Source: Octopus vulgaris
Taxonomy: Eukaryota
Assembly (NCBI GenBank): GCA_951406725.2
Contig: OX597815.1
Location: 197,098,001-197,162,000 of the forward strand
Reading direction: 5' to 3'
Length of the DNA: 64,000 bases
The notes beneath the pieces are model-generated. The model was given only the letters and a program-made list of their open reading frames with translations, had not been told where the DNA came from and ran no database searches. The stretch's first letter is position 1, and the number at the start of each line of letters is the position of its first letter. Positions 41,313 to 53,292 of the stretch are shown here, one piece after another. Both the position numbers and the translations under genes were made by a program.

Positions 41313-41988
41313 AAGTAATGAAAGATGAACTGAACACATCTTCTTCTTCCTGACTATTGTAAAAAAAAACAAGCAGTTGGTAACACATACAATAAATGTT
41401 TTTATTTCAGTAATTTGAGCAATTTGCTTCTGAAAAATTGTAAGTTGTTTCAGGAATAATCCTATTATATATAATTTTGAATTATCTCTTAATTAAATTA
41501 TAATCGATCTCGAAAGAAGCCTCATGCACTTTGGTGGAGATGTGTAAAACTCAGCCCACGTAAATTTTGGTCTCTTAGAAACTCTAACTTTTTAACATTT
41601 TCTCTACTTAAGTCTCATTAATGACCATTAGTGATAGTTGAACATTTCGAAATATGAAATACACAGGAATTTGCGTTGGACCTTTTTCTTTTTAATTTGA
41701 AAATAATTGTAATAATTAAATACGCATTAGCTTCAAATAATCTAATCGGGAAAATGGACATATATTTATTCATTTATAATTCTCATAGAAAATATATTTT
41801 AATTGTTAATATTTTTGCAGAAATATTTACTCAAAATTACCATATGCAATTAAACAAATAAGCAAATATACGTGCTTGTTTATGTGCGAGATAGTATAAA
41901 TTTAGTACATATTTTGATACATATATTTGTGAAATATGAAATATACAATATATATATAAATACGTAATATTCACCGTACATATAAATA

Positions 41989-42129
41989 TTAGGTTGTCCC
42001 AAAAGTTCGTAAGCACTTGCGAAAATTGAATTTTTACTCGCCAAGTACTAACAAAAGCAACACAAATTATTCCTCAAAATAAAGACCATTATTTTCCAAG
42101 ACTTTCTACGAACTTTTGGGACAACCTTA
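41989..42129. mobile_element. Mariner-type MITE (141 bp) with TA TSD
   Basis: Perfect inverted ends aggttgtcccaaaagttcgta / tacgaacttttgggacaacct, flanked by TA. Confidence 0.9.
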
Positions 42130-42218
42130 TATATACATACACCTGTAATATAATGTAGTGTAGGAGAATTCGAGGGCAGGAATCTCGTTGTTCGCAGGGG
42201 AGTGGTTTCGCACCCATA

Positions 42219-42452
42219 AGGCGGCGAGCTGGCAGAAACGTTAGCATGCCGGGCGAAATGCGCAGCCGTATTTCGTCTGCCGCTACGTTCTGAGTTCAAA
42301 TTCCGCCGAGGTTGACTTTGCCTTTCATCCTTTCGGGGTCGATAAATTAAGTACCAGTTACGCACTGGGATCGATGTAATCGACTTAATCCGTTTGTCTG
42401 TCCTTGTTTGTCCTCTCTGTGTTTAGCCCTTTGTGGGTAGTAAAGAAATAGA
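42219..42452 (+). mobile_element. SINE family A, full length, with 13-bp TSD
   Basis: tttcgcacccata at 42206-42218 and 42453-42465. Confidence 0.93.
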
Positions 42453-43221
42453 TTTCGCACCCATAGAGTCATCATATAACAATAGTATATTTTTGGGGGG
42501 GGGGGTGACCAGTGAATCATGGGAATATTTGGGCTTCAATGTAGCCAACGAACAGGTTCGCTAGCGAACGTGTACGGTGTGATAGAATGAAGGAGGGATT
42601 TATGTTGTTTAGTGCGAGCGAGGAACTCATGGAAAAGATGATATAAATGGATTACGAAGCGTAGTGTGGAATGTACAAAGGAAGGTGAAAGACATGAGAA
42701 AAAGGTGGAATAAGAGAGAGGGAGAAGGCGACCGAGGGTGTGTATTTTGGCGGTAGTAATTAGTATGGAGTATGGGTAGGATGGCAGATGCAGAGTGGAA
42801 ATTGAAGTGGAAATGGAGGTGGAAACCTGTGGGGGTGAGGTAGTTGTGAAGCAGCTACTAGGAAAGGAAAACTGGCTAGAGAACTGTGTTTGTGCTTGAC
42901 AATCAGTAAGGCAAAATTAATTGAAAGTTGAAAGCTACGGAAAAGAAGGGCGAAAATGTGTTTCTTTAGGCAGTGGTGAAGGTGGAGGAGTATAGAAGTT
43001 CAAAAAGTCCCCAAAAGTTCAAACGTTGTGGTATATTGGAGCGATTTTTCATCAACGGAAGAATGCCGTGAAATGCGTAGGTATGTCCATCCTTCCATCT
43101 ATCCATTCTTACATACATACATACATACATACATTCATATATTCATACATGCTTACATGCATACATACATCCATACATGCATATATATATACATACATAC
43201 ACACACACACACACATACATA

Positions 43222-43271
<50 letters not shown>

Positions 43272-43273
<2 letters not shown>

Positions 43274-43627
43274 CACAATCAAGGAACGGCCATAATAGGC
43301 CATTCACCCGCTAGAAATAACAGCCAAAAGCTTCAACCGCAAAATAACATCAATTCCGTAAACCAGGAGAAAATTAAAAAACATTTACCCTGTAATTTCT
43401 TATACGATGCACCGTTTCATCTACTGTTTAATGGTAAACTAACCTGATTTAATCAGGTTAGTTTACCATTAAACAGTAGATGAAACGGTGCATCGTATAA
43501 GAAATTACAGGGTAAATGTTTTTTAATTTTCTCCTGGTTTACGGAATTGATGTTATTTTGCGGTTGAAGCTTTGGCTGTTATTTCTAGTGGGTGAATGGC
43601 CTATTATGGCCGTTCCTTGATTGTGAT
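43272..43627. repeat. Near-perfect 356-bp palindrome
   Basis: Arms 43272-43449 and 43451-43627, 1-nt centre, one mismatch and one 1-nt indel. Confidence 0.95.
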
Positions 43628-43908
43628 GTTGAACTTAAAAATGGTTTATGACTATTTAAATTTTTTCCCACTAGGCCGCTGGTGGCAAAAGAATTCTACA
43701 AAATTTTTTTGCCACCCTATATTGATTAATTATATTTATATATATATATATATAACTAAGGTGCAGAAATGGCGGACTGCGAATGAATAAGGTGATGTAA
43801 TCCGATGGTAGAAAGCATTCCGCGAATTAGTTATACCAGAGTCAGTCGAAAGGACGGGGTCCGTGGAGCGTGCGGTAAATAGTAAAAGAAAAAAGGCAAC
43901 AAAGCGAT

Positions 43909-44215
43909 GACGTGGTACATGCAAAGTGACATAAGACGCCCAGAGAAGGAAAAAAAGGTAGTTTTACGTTTCGAGCAAAGCTCTTCTTCGGAAAATGGAG
44001 ATATAGGAAAGTCTAACTGGAAACTAAGAATGAGGGAAAAGATCGCCGAAATTCTACGAGTAGTTACATTTTATACTATTTCCGAAGAAGAACTTTGCTC
44101 AAAACGTAAAAAAACCACTCTTTCTCTTCCTTTCTTTCTCTGAGCGTCTTAGTAATACTTTGCATGTACCACGTCCTCGCATTGTTGTTTTTTGTTGTCT
44201 TTTTTCTTCGTTTTC
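43909..44215. mobile_element. Inverted pair of HHR family elements (copies 6 and 7)
   Basis: Minus CCGAAGA-A-GAGC-TTT-GCTC-GAAAC-GTA-AAAC at ~43961-43995; plus ccgaagaagaactttgctcaaaacgta at ~44082-44108. Outer arms gacgtggtacatgcaaagt / actttgcatgtaccacgtc. Confidence 0.75.
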
Positions 44216-45049
44216 TATGTATATATATATTTATACACATACATATACATATATATACCTCGATGTAAGCTCATGTGATGGACATGATAGCAATTAATGG
44301 TAAACTTCAGATAGAATATCACTGGTAATGTGAAAGACAAGGTGGTGTATATGAGGTAAATATCAGGAAAACACGCGTTTGAAAGAACACGATCTAGTAT
44401 CCTATTGGCAAATATTTCTTAAATACACTTTTCATCTCCCAGACGGTTACGATCTCAACCTTGAAATATGTAAAGATCTATGCCAAAGATAAAAAAGAAT
44501 GATAAATATTCAGTTTGTGTATTTGTGACAACTAATTCCTGCGTGCAAAAAATCAAAAAATCAAAACAAGTCACCGGTTATAGTATAGCAGAGGGAGAAT
44601 TTGTATCTACTTCTCTCTCTAAACTTCCGTATGACTTCGTATTTCGGTGGAATGAGGTGAGGATTTTTCTTCACAACACAATCGAGTGAATTTACCTTCC
44701 TTTACCCAATGTCCATATACGTTTGTTAAATCGGTCGAAGTTTTATGTCTTCCATCGATGTAGGAAAAATTAATTGGATATTTTGGATATTGTGTAATTA
44801 GGCGAAGAAACGGATTATACGAAACAAGAATCTTTTAACTAAAGGATCGCTCGATCGCAGAAACAATGATCAACATCTCATTATCAGATTTTCTAGTTTA
44901 TTTCGCTGCTATTTAAGAATATGAATAAAGCGAAAACTATTAAAAGATTATTCGAAACGGGCAATGTATACATATATAGGCTTTGAAATTGTTCACAAAA
45001 GAAAATGGCTAAAGAAAAATGTTGTAACTGTGCTTCAAGCACGACAGAC

Positions 45050-45081
<32 letters not shown>

Positions 45082-45321
45082 TTTTTTTTCTTCTTTCAAA
45101 TTTCTTCCATTTCTTGCCGAGTGTCTTCCCGACTCCTAGGGCAAAGAAACTCATAGTGTATATTGGTAGGCCATTAAACCAAACTCAGTAGTTCGTTCAT
45201 TTTTTTTATTATTTTTTTTTAAGTTAAATTAAAATACATGAGCAGCAACAGTTCTCACATCGACAATGCTCTTCTCAATACGTGTGATGTACCAGTTAAG
45301 ACAATTTTTTATTATTATTAT

Positions 45322-45442
45322 TATTATTCAGTAGTTTTATTTTTATTTTTATAGCGTGCTTTCACTTCACTACCGAGCGCAGCTCTGTGTGCCTTGGGTA
45401 TGTGCTGTGATTTGTTGTGATGCTCTGATGGTTATTGTATGG

Positions 45443-45448
<6 letters not shown>
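45322..45448 (-). mobile_element. 3' end of a (TAA)n-embedded retroelement
   Basis: Reverse complement of 57513-57582. Both copies sit inside (TAA)n tracts. Confidence 0.75.
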
Positions 45449-46150
<702 letters not shown>

Positions 46151-47019
46151 TTTTTTGTGGAAGTACTTAGTGTGTCTAATCAATAAAATCCTCATAGAAA
46201 TTTTAGGAACCAAAAGTCGGTTAAACAAATATCATTTCTCTATTTCTCCTTCAGATATCTGAACCAATATTAGTGATCTTTTCTCCAAAATATTTCACTC
46301 TGTCTCCTTCCTTATTTATACTGATATTGGCTTTGAGAATATTTGGATGTTGCAATTGTCGTTGCCCCTTTTAATATCTATAAATGCCTGTCCGAACTGA
46401 AAATAAATATTCAATAAACTGAATTGCTTTCAAGAAGAAAAATTGATAAATCTCGATATTATAAACCTTATGTTGCAGACGGAAAAAACTGAATTGAATC
46501 AGCCTGGATCCATAAGTTTAGTTCACGTTTCGAGGAGTCTTTTGTTCGTTCATTAATTGGATGATAAATGCGTTATATCGTACTCAATTCCTTCCAAAAA
46601 GCACACATTTTTTTGAGCAGAAATATGTTCATAATCTTTAACAATTTGATAATAATATGCTTAGTAGCAACACTTCACGATAGAGAGGGCGTTCTGATTT
46701 ACATTTTCCTTTTATCAAAATTATCTTCATTTGAATTATACTAATATCTTTCTGAATCATGCAGAATCTTTCTTACCAAATTTATTGATTTATCTAAATT
46801 ATAATTATTGCATATCTAAAATAAAGCGTATTTTCTAAGCAAATATTAATTTAAGAATATTAAAGTGCCACCTTACTATTTAACTTTAGCAAGTTATTTT
46901 TATATTTTTTCTTCGTTGATGCTGAATTATGTCAAGTTTAGAAGGAAATGTCTGAGGCAATATGAATATTCTTCTGTCATTTTTAATGTCTTTTTTCACA
47001 AGTAAAACAAATATGAAAT

Positions 47020-47409
47020 ACGTAAGGTGTACTAGCCATCTGAATGTGGCTAGCCACTGGGGGTGGGGTTTTACTGATGCTTTTAGCCCCAGGCGATCAA
47101 CGTCACCAGTTGGACTTTAGACACAAAATTTCAGTGCCCTTGTGTTATTTGCAAAGGGAGGTCATCCTCCCTCGAAAACCTAAGTGCTACACACGGACTA
47201 TAGTTTCAAGGTAATTGCCTCTCGTCAACGCATGGTAAACACCGGTTTTCGATGAAGGAGACACCTTGCAAATAATAATATTTAACGTTTTTCACAGCAA
47301 CCACTGTCACTGATTTAGAAAAACTGTCTGAAAGCATTAATAAATCTCTGAACGAGATATAAACAGTAACCGCTCGACAACGTAAGGTGTACTAGCCATC
47401 TGAATGTGG
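47020..47409. repeat. 30-bp exact direct repeat, 360 bp apart, bracketing a structured GC-richer segment
   Basis: acgtaaggtgtactagccatctgaatgtgg at 47020-47049 and 47380-47409. Confidence 0.85.
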
Positions 47410-48279
47410 TTTTCATCCTAAATTGAAAGCTTGATCATAAGCGCTATTTGTTTCTTTTGCTTTGCTATTGACAAAGGTGAAGTAATTCTTTGGTTGGCTG
47501 TCTTATTTCGAGACAGGTGAATAAAATATTTCGAGAAAGGTGAATAAAATACAAATGCGTAACACTAGAGGCACATGTGTCAATCCATTACGACTGTTTC
47601 TAACAACACCTTTCATTGATTAATGAAAACATTACATCATTGTAAAGAAACAGTTTTCGTCAGATAAATTCTTGAACTTCAAAATTTAAAATCCACGGCG
47701 CAAAATCATTTACAGTGATTCTGCTGCTATTTCAATTGACACATTGGGTTTACCATAGTATCAGAATAATTGAAAATCTTTTTGCTGCGTGGATTGTACA
47801 CTATGTTAAATCATTTCGAATGTCCCTTATTTTGAAGTTCATGAATTTATCTGAAAGAAACGGCTTCTTTACATTGATATAATGTTTTCATTCATCAATT
47901 AACGGAGTCATTAGAAACGGCCGTAATGGATTGAAACCTGCTCCTCTACTGTTACTCATTTATACACACACACAGACACATATAAATGTGTGTGTGTGAG
48001 TGTATACATACATATATGTGTGTGTATGTACGTGTATATATTTCCCAATAGCTGACATGTGGCATTGCGACGATTTTCTTTTTGTAGCTTCGTTGGGTTT
48101 TTCCGAGTTCCACATTTAATTTTATATTTTATAGACATACTCACCTATAATAAGGCAGTATTTCTAATTAATAAATTACTATATTGATGATATGGTATTG
48201 TCCTTGGTAGCGACTTCAAGATTTGTAGATATCCCTTGATTGATATACAATAAATATATACATTATGTATATGTGCATT

Positions 48280-48311
<32 letters not shown>

Positions 48312-49996
48312 TGTATGTATGTATCTATCTTTCTATCTATCTATCTATATATGATATATATATATGTGTTTATACATGTATATATGTGTGTATGTATATC
48401 TATCTATACTTCTATCTATATCTATCTATTTATCTCTCTATCACTCTCAATGTGTGCACATACACACACGTATATGTATGTATTTATATATGTATACCAA
48501 AGTAGTGTGCTCCAATCGATTACGGTAGAACAGTATGTTTTCCTCTACCATACGCAGGCTTGTATTGATAACAAGAAAGACATGATAATCGATGATCAAT
48601 AAAGCATATTAATCTATGTATCAAATACGCTTTGCAACCTATCACAATCACAAATGAACTTGACTCGATAACATGGACTTTACAATTCCTGAACAAATGC
48701 AACGCAAGTTGCATTTGTATGTAATAAGTATATAAGCGAATGAAAATAACTGAAGAGGCAGTTCTGCATGACATATGTTATTAAAACATATAAGATTTGT
48801 ATTATGTAACATTACATCTGTTACATAATTATGTGGTGCCGTTAATATTCCGTTTTAAACATCATCGGGTAGACTCCGACATAACAGTCATGAGAAGAAG
48901 GATAATTTCATATGACCGATATTCCAGAGGAGATCGACGGTGCATAGTTATTAGTGAACGGCCGGATGTAGATAGAACAATAAAGAGGGGAATTATAAGT
49001 CAACATAGTACGTTATGTAATACTAGAGGAAATACTCATGCTACAGCATCACCCAGAAGCTAGGTAATGTCTGTTGGTGATTTTAGTCTTATCAGTCAAG
49101 TGACTCTTCTCTGGATTTGAATTCTGCAGTCTAGATGCTTACCAGCAACGACCCACTGCAATAGTGATGTCTAGGATTCACTTTGAGTCGACCTGAAAAA
49201 AAGAATTGGTCACTAGATTTACTGATATTTTTCAGCCGTAACATTTATGAATGCGTGATGGGTGTCAATGCGGTGTGATTTAACGATTATCTTACGATAC
49301 GGTAATTTGGGCGGATACTTGCACCAGGGTGAACTTCACTGAAATCAATTATGGAGCAAGTGGTTGAGGGGTCTTAAAAAGGACACGTTATAAGCCTCAC
49401 ACCGTACTTAGAAAAAGGGAACCGCTGCGTACTTGCTAAATTCTTCGGACATAACTGGACTACATTTCTAGATTTGTAGATGTCTCTTCATACATAGGTA
49501 TCTATATAGATAGAGATACATATAAATATATCCATTATGTATATATAGATGTACACACATCAGCACACGCAAGTACACACACACACACACACACATACAC
49601 ACACACATCTTACAGCAGTGGGGTCACATAGATTGTGGAAGAACACTGTTTCTAGCATATGTAGTGTCAGGATCATAATATCCATAATGTAACTTAAGGC
49701 ATGATAATCAACGCCAAACAACTAACATAATAACAATACATGTAATGATAAAATAACCGAACGTGGACAGTTACTGTACATGAGGATGGGAGTGAGTGAG
49801 TGAGTAAGTGAGAGAGAATGATGGACAGAGGTATTAGATATGATATATGTCTATAATATAGAAGAGAGTATTCGCAAAATTCAACGCTTACAATTGGGCT
49901 AAATTTGTTAAAATATTATCTTGTCACAAATAAATTTACCTTTGCTATAAATCACAATTTGTAGCAATATATGAGACCAATGACCTCTATGATATA

Positions 49997-50378
49997 CTAG
50001 CAGTATCGCCCGGCATTGCTCAGGTTTGTAAGGGAAATAACTATAAAGCATTTTTAGAGAGTTATAGCCAAAAAATAGAAAAAAAATGGAAAAAAAATGA
50101 TGGTAAATTTTTTTGAGAGTTAAAAAGGTGGAGTTGCGTCCCCTAGACAGTCTGTGGTTTGGGTTTCTGATTCTCGACCCCATGTCGAATTTATCGATTT
50201 TTTTCAGAACTGGGGGAACTTTTCAAAATTTTCGCTGCGTTAGTTTTGAATTATGACATTGGGCTATGTGTGTGTCAAGTTTCATCAGAATCGGTTGAAA
50301 GCCGTGGTCAGAGTGAGGGTACGAGAAAACAGACACACAGAAAACGCACAGACAAACTGCCGTTTATATAGAGAGAGA
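49997..50378 (-). mobile_element. Non-autonomous Helitron
   Basis: A|TC...CTAG|T on the minus strand. The 3' ~110 bp are shared with 5446-5743 and the interior differs. Confidence 0.8.
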
Positions 50379-50923
50379 TCACAGCTTCCCAAAATGAAAC
50401 CCTTTACTTTTTAAATGTAAAGCAGTCGTTGTGATAACTATTTCGGATTTGTCTGAAAACATAAATCTCTGAAACAACTTTCTATATTTCAAATAATTGA
50501 TTAGTTCGCTTATACTTTTTTTCTTTCTACTTTGCTGTATGTATTTATTTGTAAATATATTTTATAGCGTCATGAAACAGAGAGCAGAAATGCGATGAAT
50601 GTGCCAACTGTTATTTAATTTATTTAGCACACTGATAGCGAATACCAAACAACAAAAGTTTAGCTCTAGGCAAATCAAATTCATCGTACGGTTTCGATTC
50701 TAAGATTAAAATAATTTACTTCACTTACGGTGAATAATAAACTTTTGAACGCCTAGACTTGCTAATATAGTGTTATCAAGTTTCTTTGTTCGTGAAAAGA
50801 AGCATATGGCTTGCTTAATTGCGAAATAGAAAATTAGCATTGCTGAATTATTAAACACTGTTATCATCAATATGGTAATTTTATGTAAACGTTAAAATGA
50901 TTGTTGAAATACATTCTGCTTAA

Positions 50924-51772
50924 CCCCTTAATGGATTATCCTGAGTTTACTTGTGCATCGCACATGTATCTTTTTAGAACCAGACTTGTGCTCTCGGTCA
51001 AAATTAACTCTTAATTTTAGCACTCAAACGAGTTTATTTGTTTTCTGTAGTTTCATTTTCAGCAATCACGAATTTACTCGCGTTGTTTAAAAAAAATACG
51101 TATTTTTTCATTTGATGGATTTGGCTATCTGGGATGCTTATGTTTTGTATAAAGCATCTTTGGAAACTTCAGCTTCTGCTATGAAACCGCTGAAATTTAG
51201 AATGCAAATAATCACCAAGATTATTGAAAAATATAGGCCCTTATTGCTTCCCACGAAACCAGGAGGGCCATCATCGATCCCACATCCAACAAGATTTGCC
51301 CCAGTTGGTCCCTTTCCAATGAAAATACTACCAAGTGATAAGAAAGAGAATCCTACAAGACAGTGTGCAAAATGCACAGAGAAGGGAGACGCTATAGGAA
51401 GGAAGATTCGAAGAGAAATCAGATACATGTGTGATGTCTGCAAGATAACATTGTGTGTAACTCCTTGTTTTAAAAATTATCATTCTAAATAAACTGTCTA
51501 TCACATTAAAAAAAAATTCCTTTGTTTTAAAAGCAACACAGCTTATAGAAAATCGAAGATAGTTAAGTTATATGTACTTTTTTTATGTTCGAGTTAACTC
51601 ATTTAAATCCAAATGAGTAGAAGTACATTTTAATTTCTATAATAAAAAATAAAGGAAACAAGATAAAAAAACTTTTCTTTGTAATTAACACAGTGTATAT
51701 AATTTAAAAAAGGAAATAAAAAATATGCTCTGAAATGAAATGCCATGTCAAAATAATTGATCCATTAAGGGG
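50924..51772 (+). mobile_element. Internally deleted piggyBac element
   Basis: TTAA TSDs (50920-50923, 51773-51776), perfect 13-bp TIR CCCCTTAATGGAT, transposase C-terminal ORF inside. Confidence 0.95.
51091..51492 (+). pseudogene. piggyBac transposase C-terminal fragment with intact Cys-rich domain
   Basis: KKYVFFHLMDLAIWDAYVLYK...FR...CAKC...YMCDVCKITLCVTPCFKNYH, open from the stop at 51088-51090 to the terminal stop. Confidence 0.9.
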
Positions 51773-52199
51773 TTAAAATGGAACGTTAAAATGGGTTTTC
51801 CAGAGGTGACAATTTAAAAGTGAACTTACGCGTTTTGTTCGACTTCAGAGAAAATTATGTACTATTGATTTCTAATTCCTGCGTGTGACACATTTCAATA
51901 GATGAAGGACGGTCAATTTCGTGTAGGTATAGTTTTGTTCATGATTAATGAAAGAAATCACAAGAAGAATTTCAGGTAAGAATCCAAAACAAAAGTAGTT
52001 TACTGAACTATCGGGTTGTGTCTGAAGTAAGGAACGTTTTGATACATGAAGAATTTGTACTCGATTTTTGCAGAGTTCTGAATATTTTTAAACATTGGTT
52101 TGCATATCTCTGATGATACAGACATAGACATGCCCAAATGCATCAATAAATTAACATTGTTATTTTTTTCACCGTTGTTATAATTATCTGAAATAAAAC

Positions 52200-53292
52200 T
52201 GTCAAAGCGCGATATTCGAGCAATTTTGCTGTTCAACTTGAAGAAAGGGCGTAAGGGAACCTGAAACTTCTCACGATATCAACGAAATGTTTGGTGAGGA
52301 AATGATCAGTGAGTGGTCAGCTTGAAATGGTTTGAACAATTTCGCAGTGGACACCTGAGCCTTGAAGATCGTGAGCATAGTGGACATACAAATGTCAGTG
52401 ATGAAGGTCAATTAAAGACCGTCATCGAGAAAGATGCACGTAAAACCACTCAAGAACTGACAAAAGAAACTTCAAGGTAGCCAGAAAACTTCCTGCAATC
52501 ATTTGTGTGCCATCAGAAAATCTAAAAAGCTCGACAAATGTGTACCACACGATTTGAATGAAAATTAGAAAATGCGCAGATATGAAATTTACTCATCGCT
52601 TCTTCTTCGCAGCCGGACCGATCCATTTTCCGACCATATTTTAACTTGCGAAGTGGATTCTGAACAATAATAAAATACGTTCTTTGCAGTGGTTGGATGA
52701 AAATGAAGCGCCGAAAACCTTCCTTAAATCCGAGGTTTTCAAAAAGAAGGTTATGGTGACTCTTTGGTGGCGTACTGCTGGACTCATTCACTATAACCTC
52801 TTAAAACTCGGAAAAGCCATTACTGCAGAAACATATTGCCATGAAATAGACAAAATAAATGAAAAATTGCTACTTCTTCGTCCCAGACTGGTCAACAGAA
52901 GAGGGCCAATTATTCTTCATGACAATGCTGGGTCACACGTTTCACTAATGACGCTCCAGAAGTTGAGGGAGATTGGTTATGAGGTTCTTCCCTACCCAGC
53001 TTATTCCCCAGATCTTTCTTCTACTGACTACCACTTTTTCAAGCACTTTGATGGTTCCCTGCGAGAGAAGTTAAAAAACCAAACCAATGCTGAACGTCCG
53101 TTGAAAGAATTCCTCAGCTCCAGGACTTCAGATTTTATGTTACTAGAATAAACAAACTTGTAAATGGTTGGTAAACATTTGGTGATTGTAATGGTACTGA
53201 TTCTGATGAATAAAACTTCCGAATTGTTGAAATATATTTGTGATAAATTTCAACGTTTCAAAACGTTGCTTACTTTTTAATCCGCCTGATAT
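52200..53292 (+). mobile_element. Decayed mariner transposon (frameshifted transposase)
   Basis: LSKRDIRAILLFNLKKG N-terminus, CVPHDL (WVPHEL-like), KKVMVTLWW, LHDNAGSH, YSPDLSSTDYHFF. TIR-like actttttaatccgcctgata at the 3' end. Confidence 0.92.

Noticed and set aside
42466-43030. Purine-rich stretch, possibly a LINE endonuclease remnant (also ~12000-12720)
   Set aside because: Too decayed to show a convincing motif by eye.
51035-51090. Splice-acceptor-like tracts upstream of the piggyBac ORF (PGBD3-type exon trap)
   Set aside because: An in-frame TAA at 51088-51090 blocks fusion into the transposase frame.
51902-51981. Plus-strand short frame ending at CAG|GTAAGA
   Set aside because: No recognisable peptide or partner exon, so it is compatible with chance.
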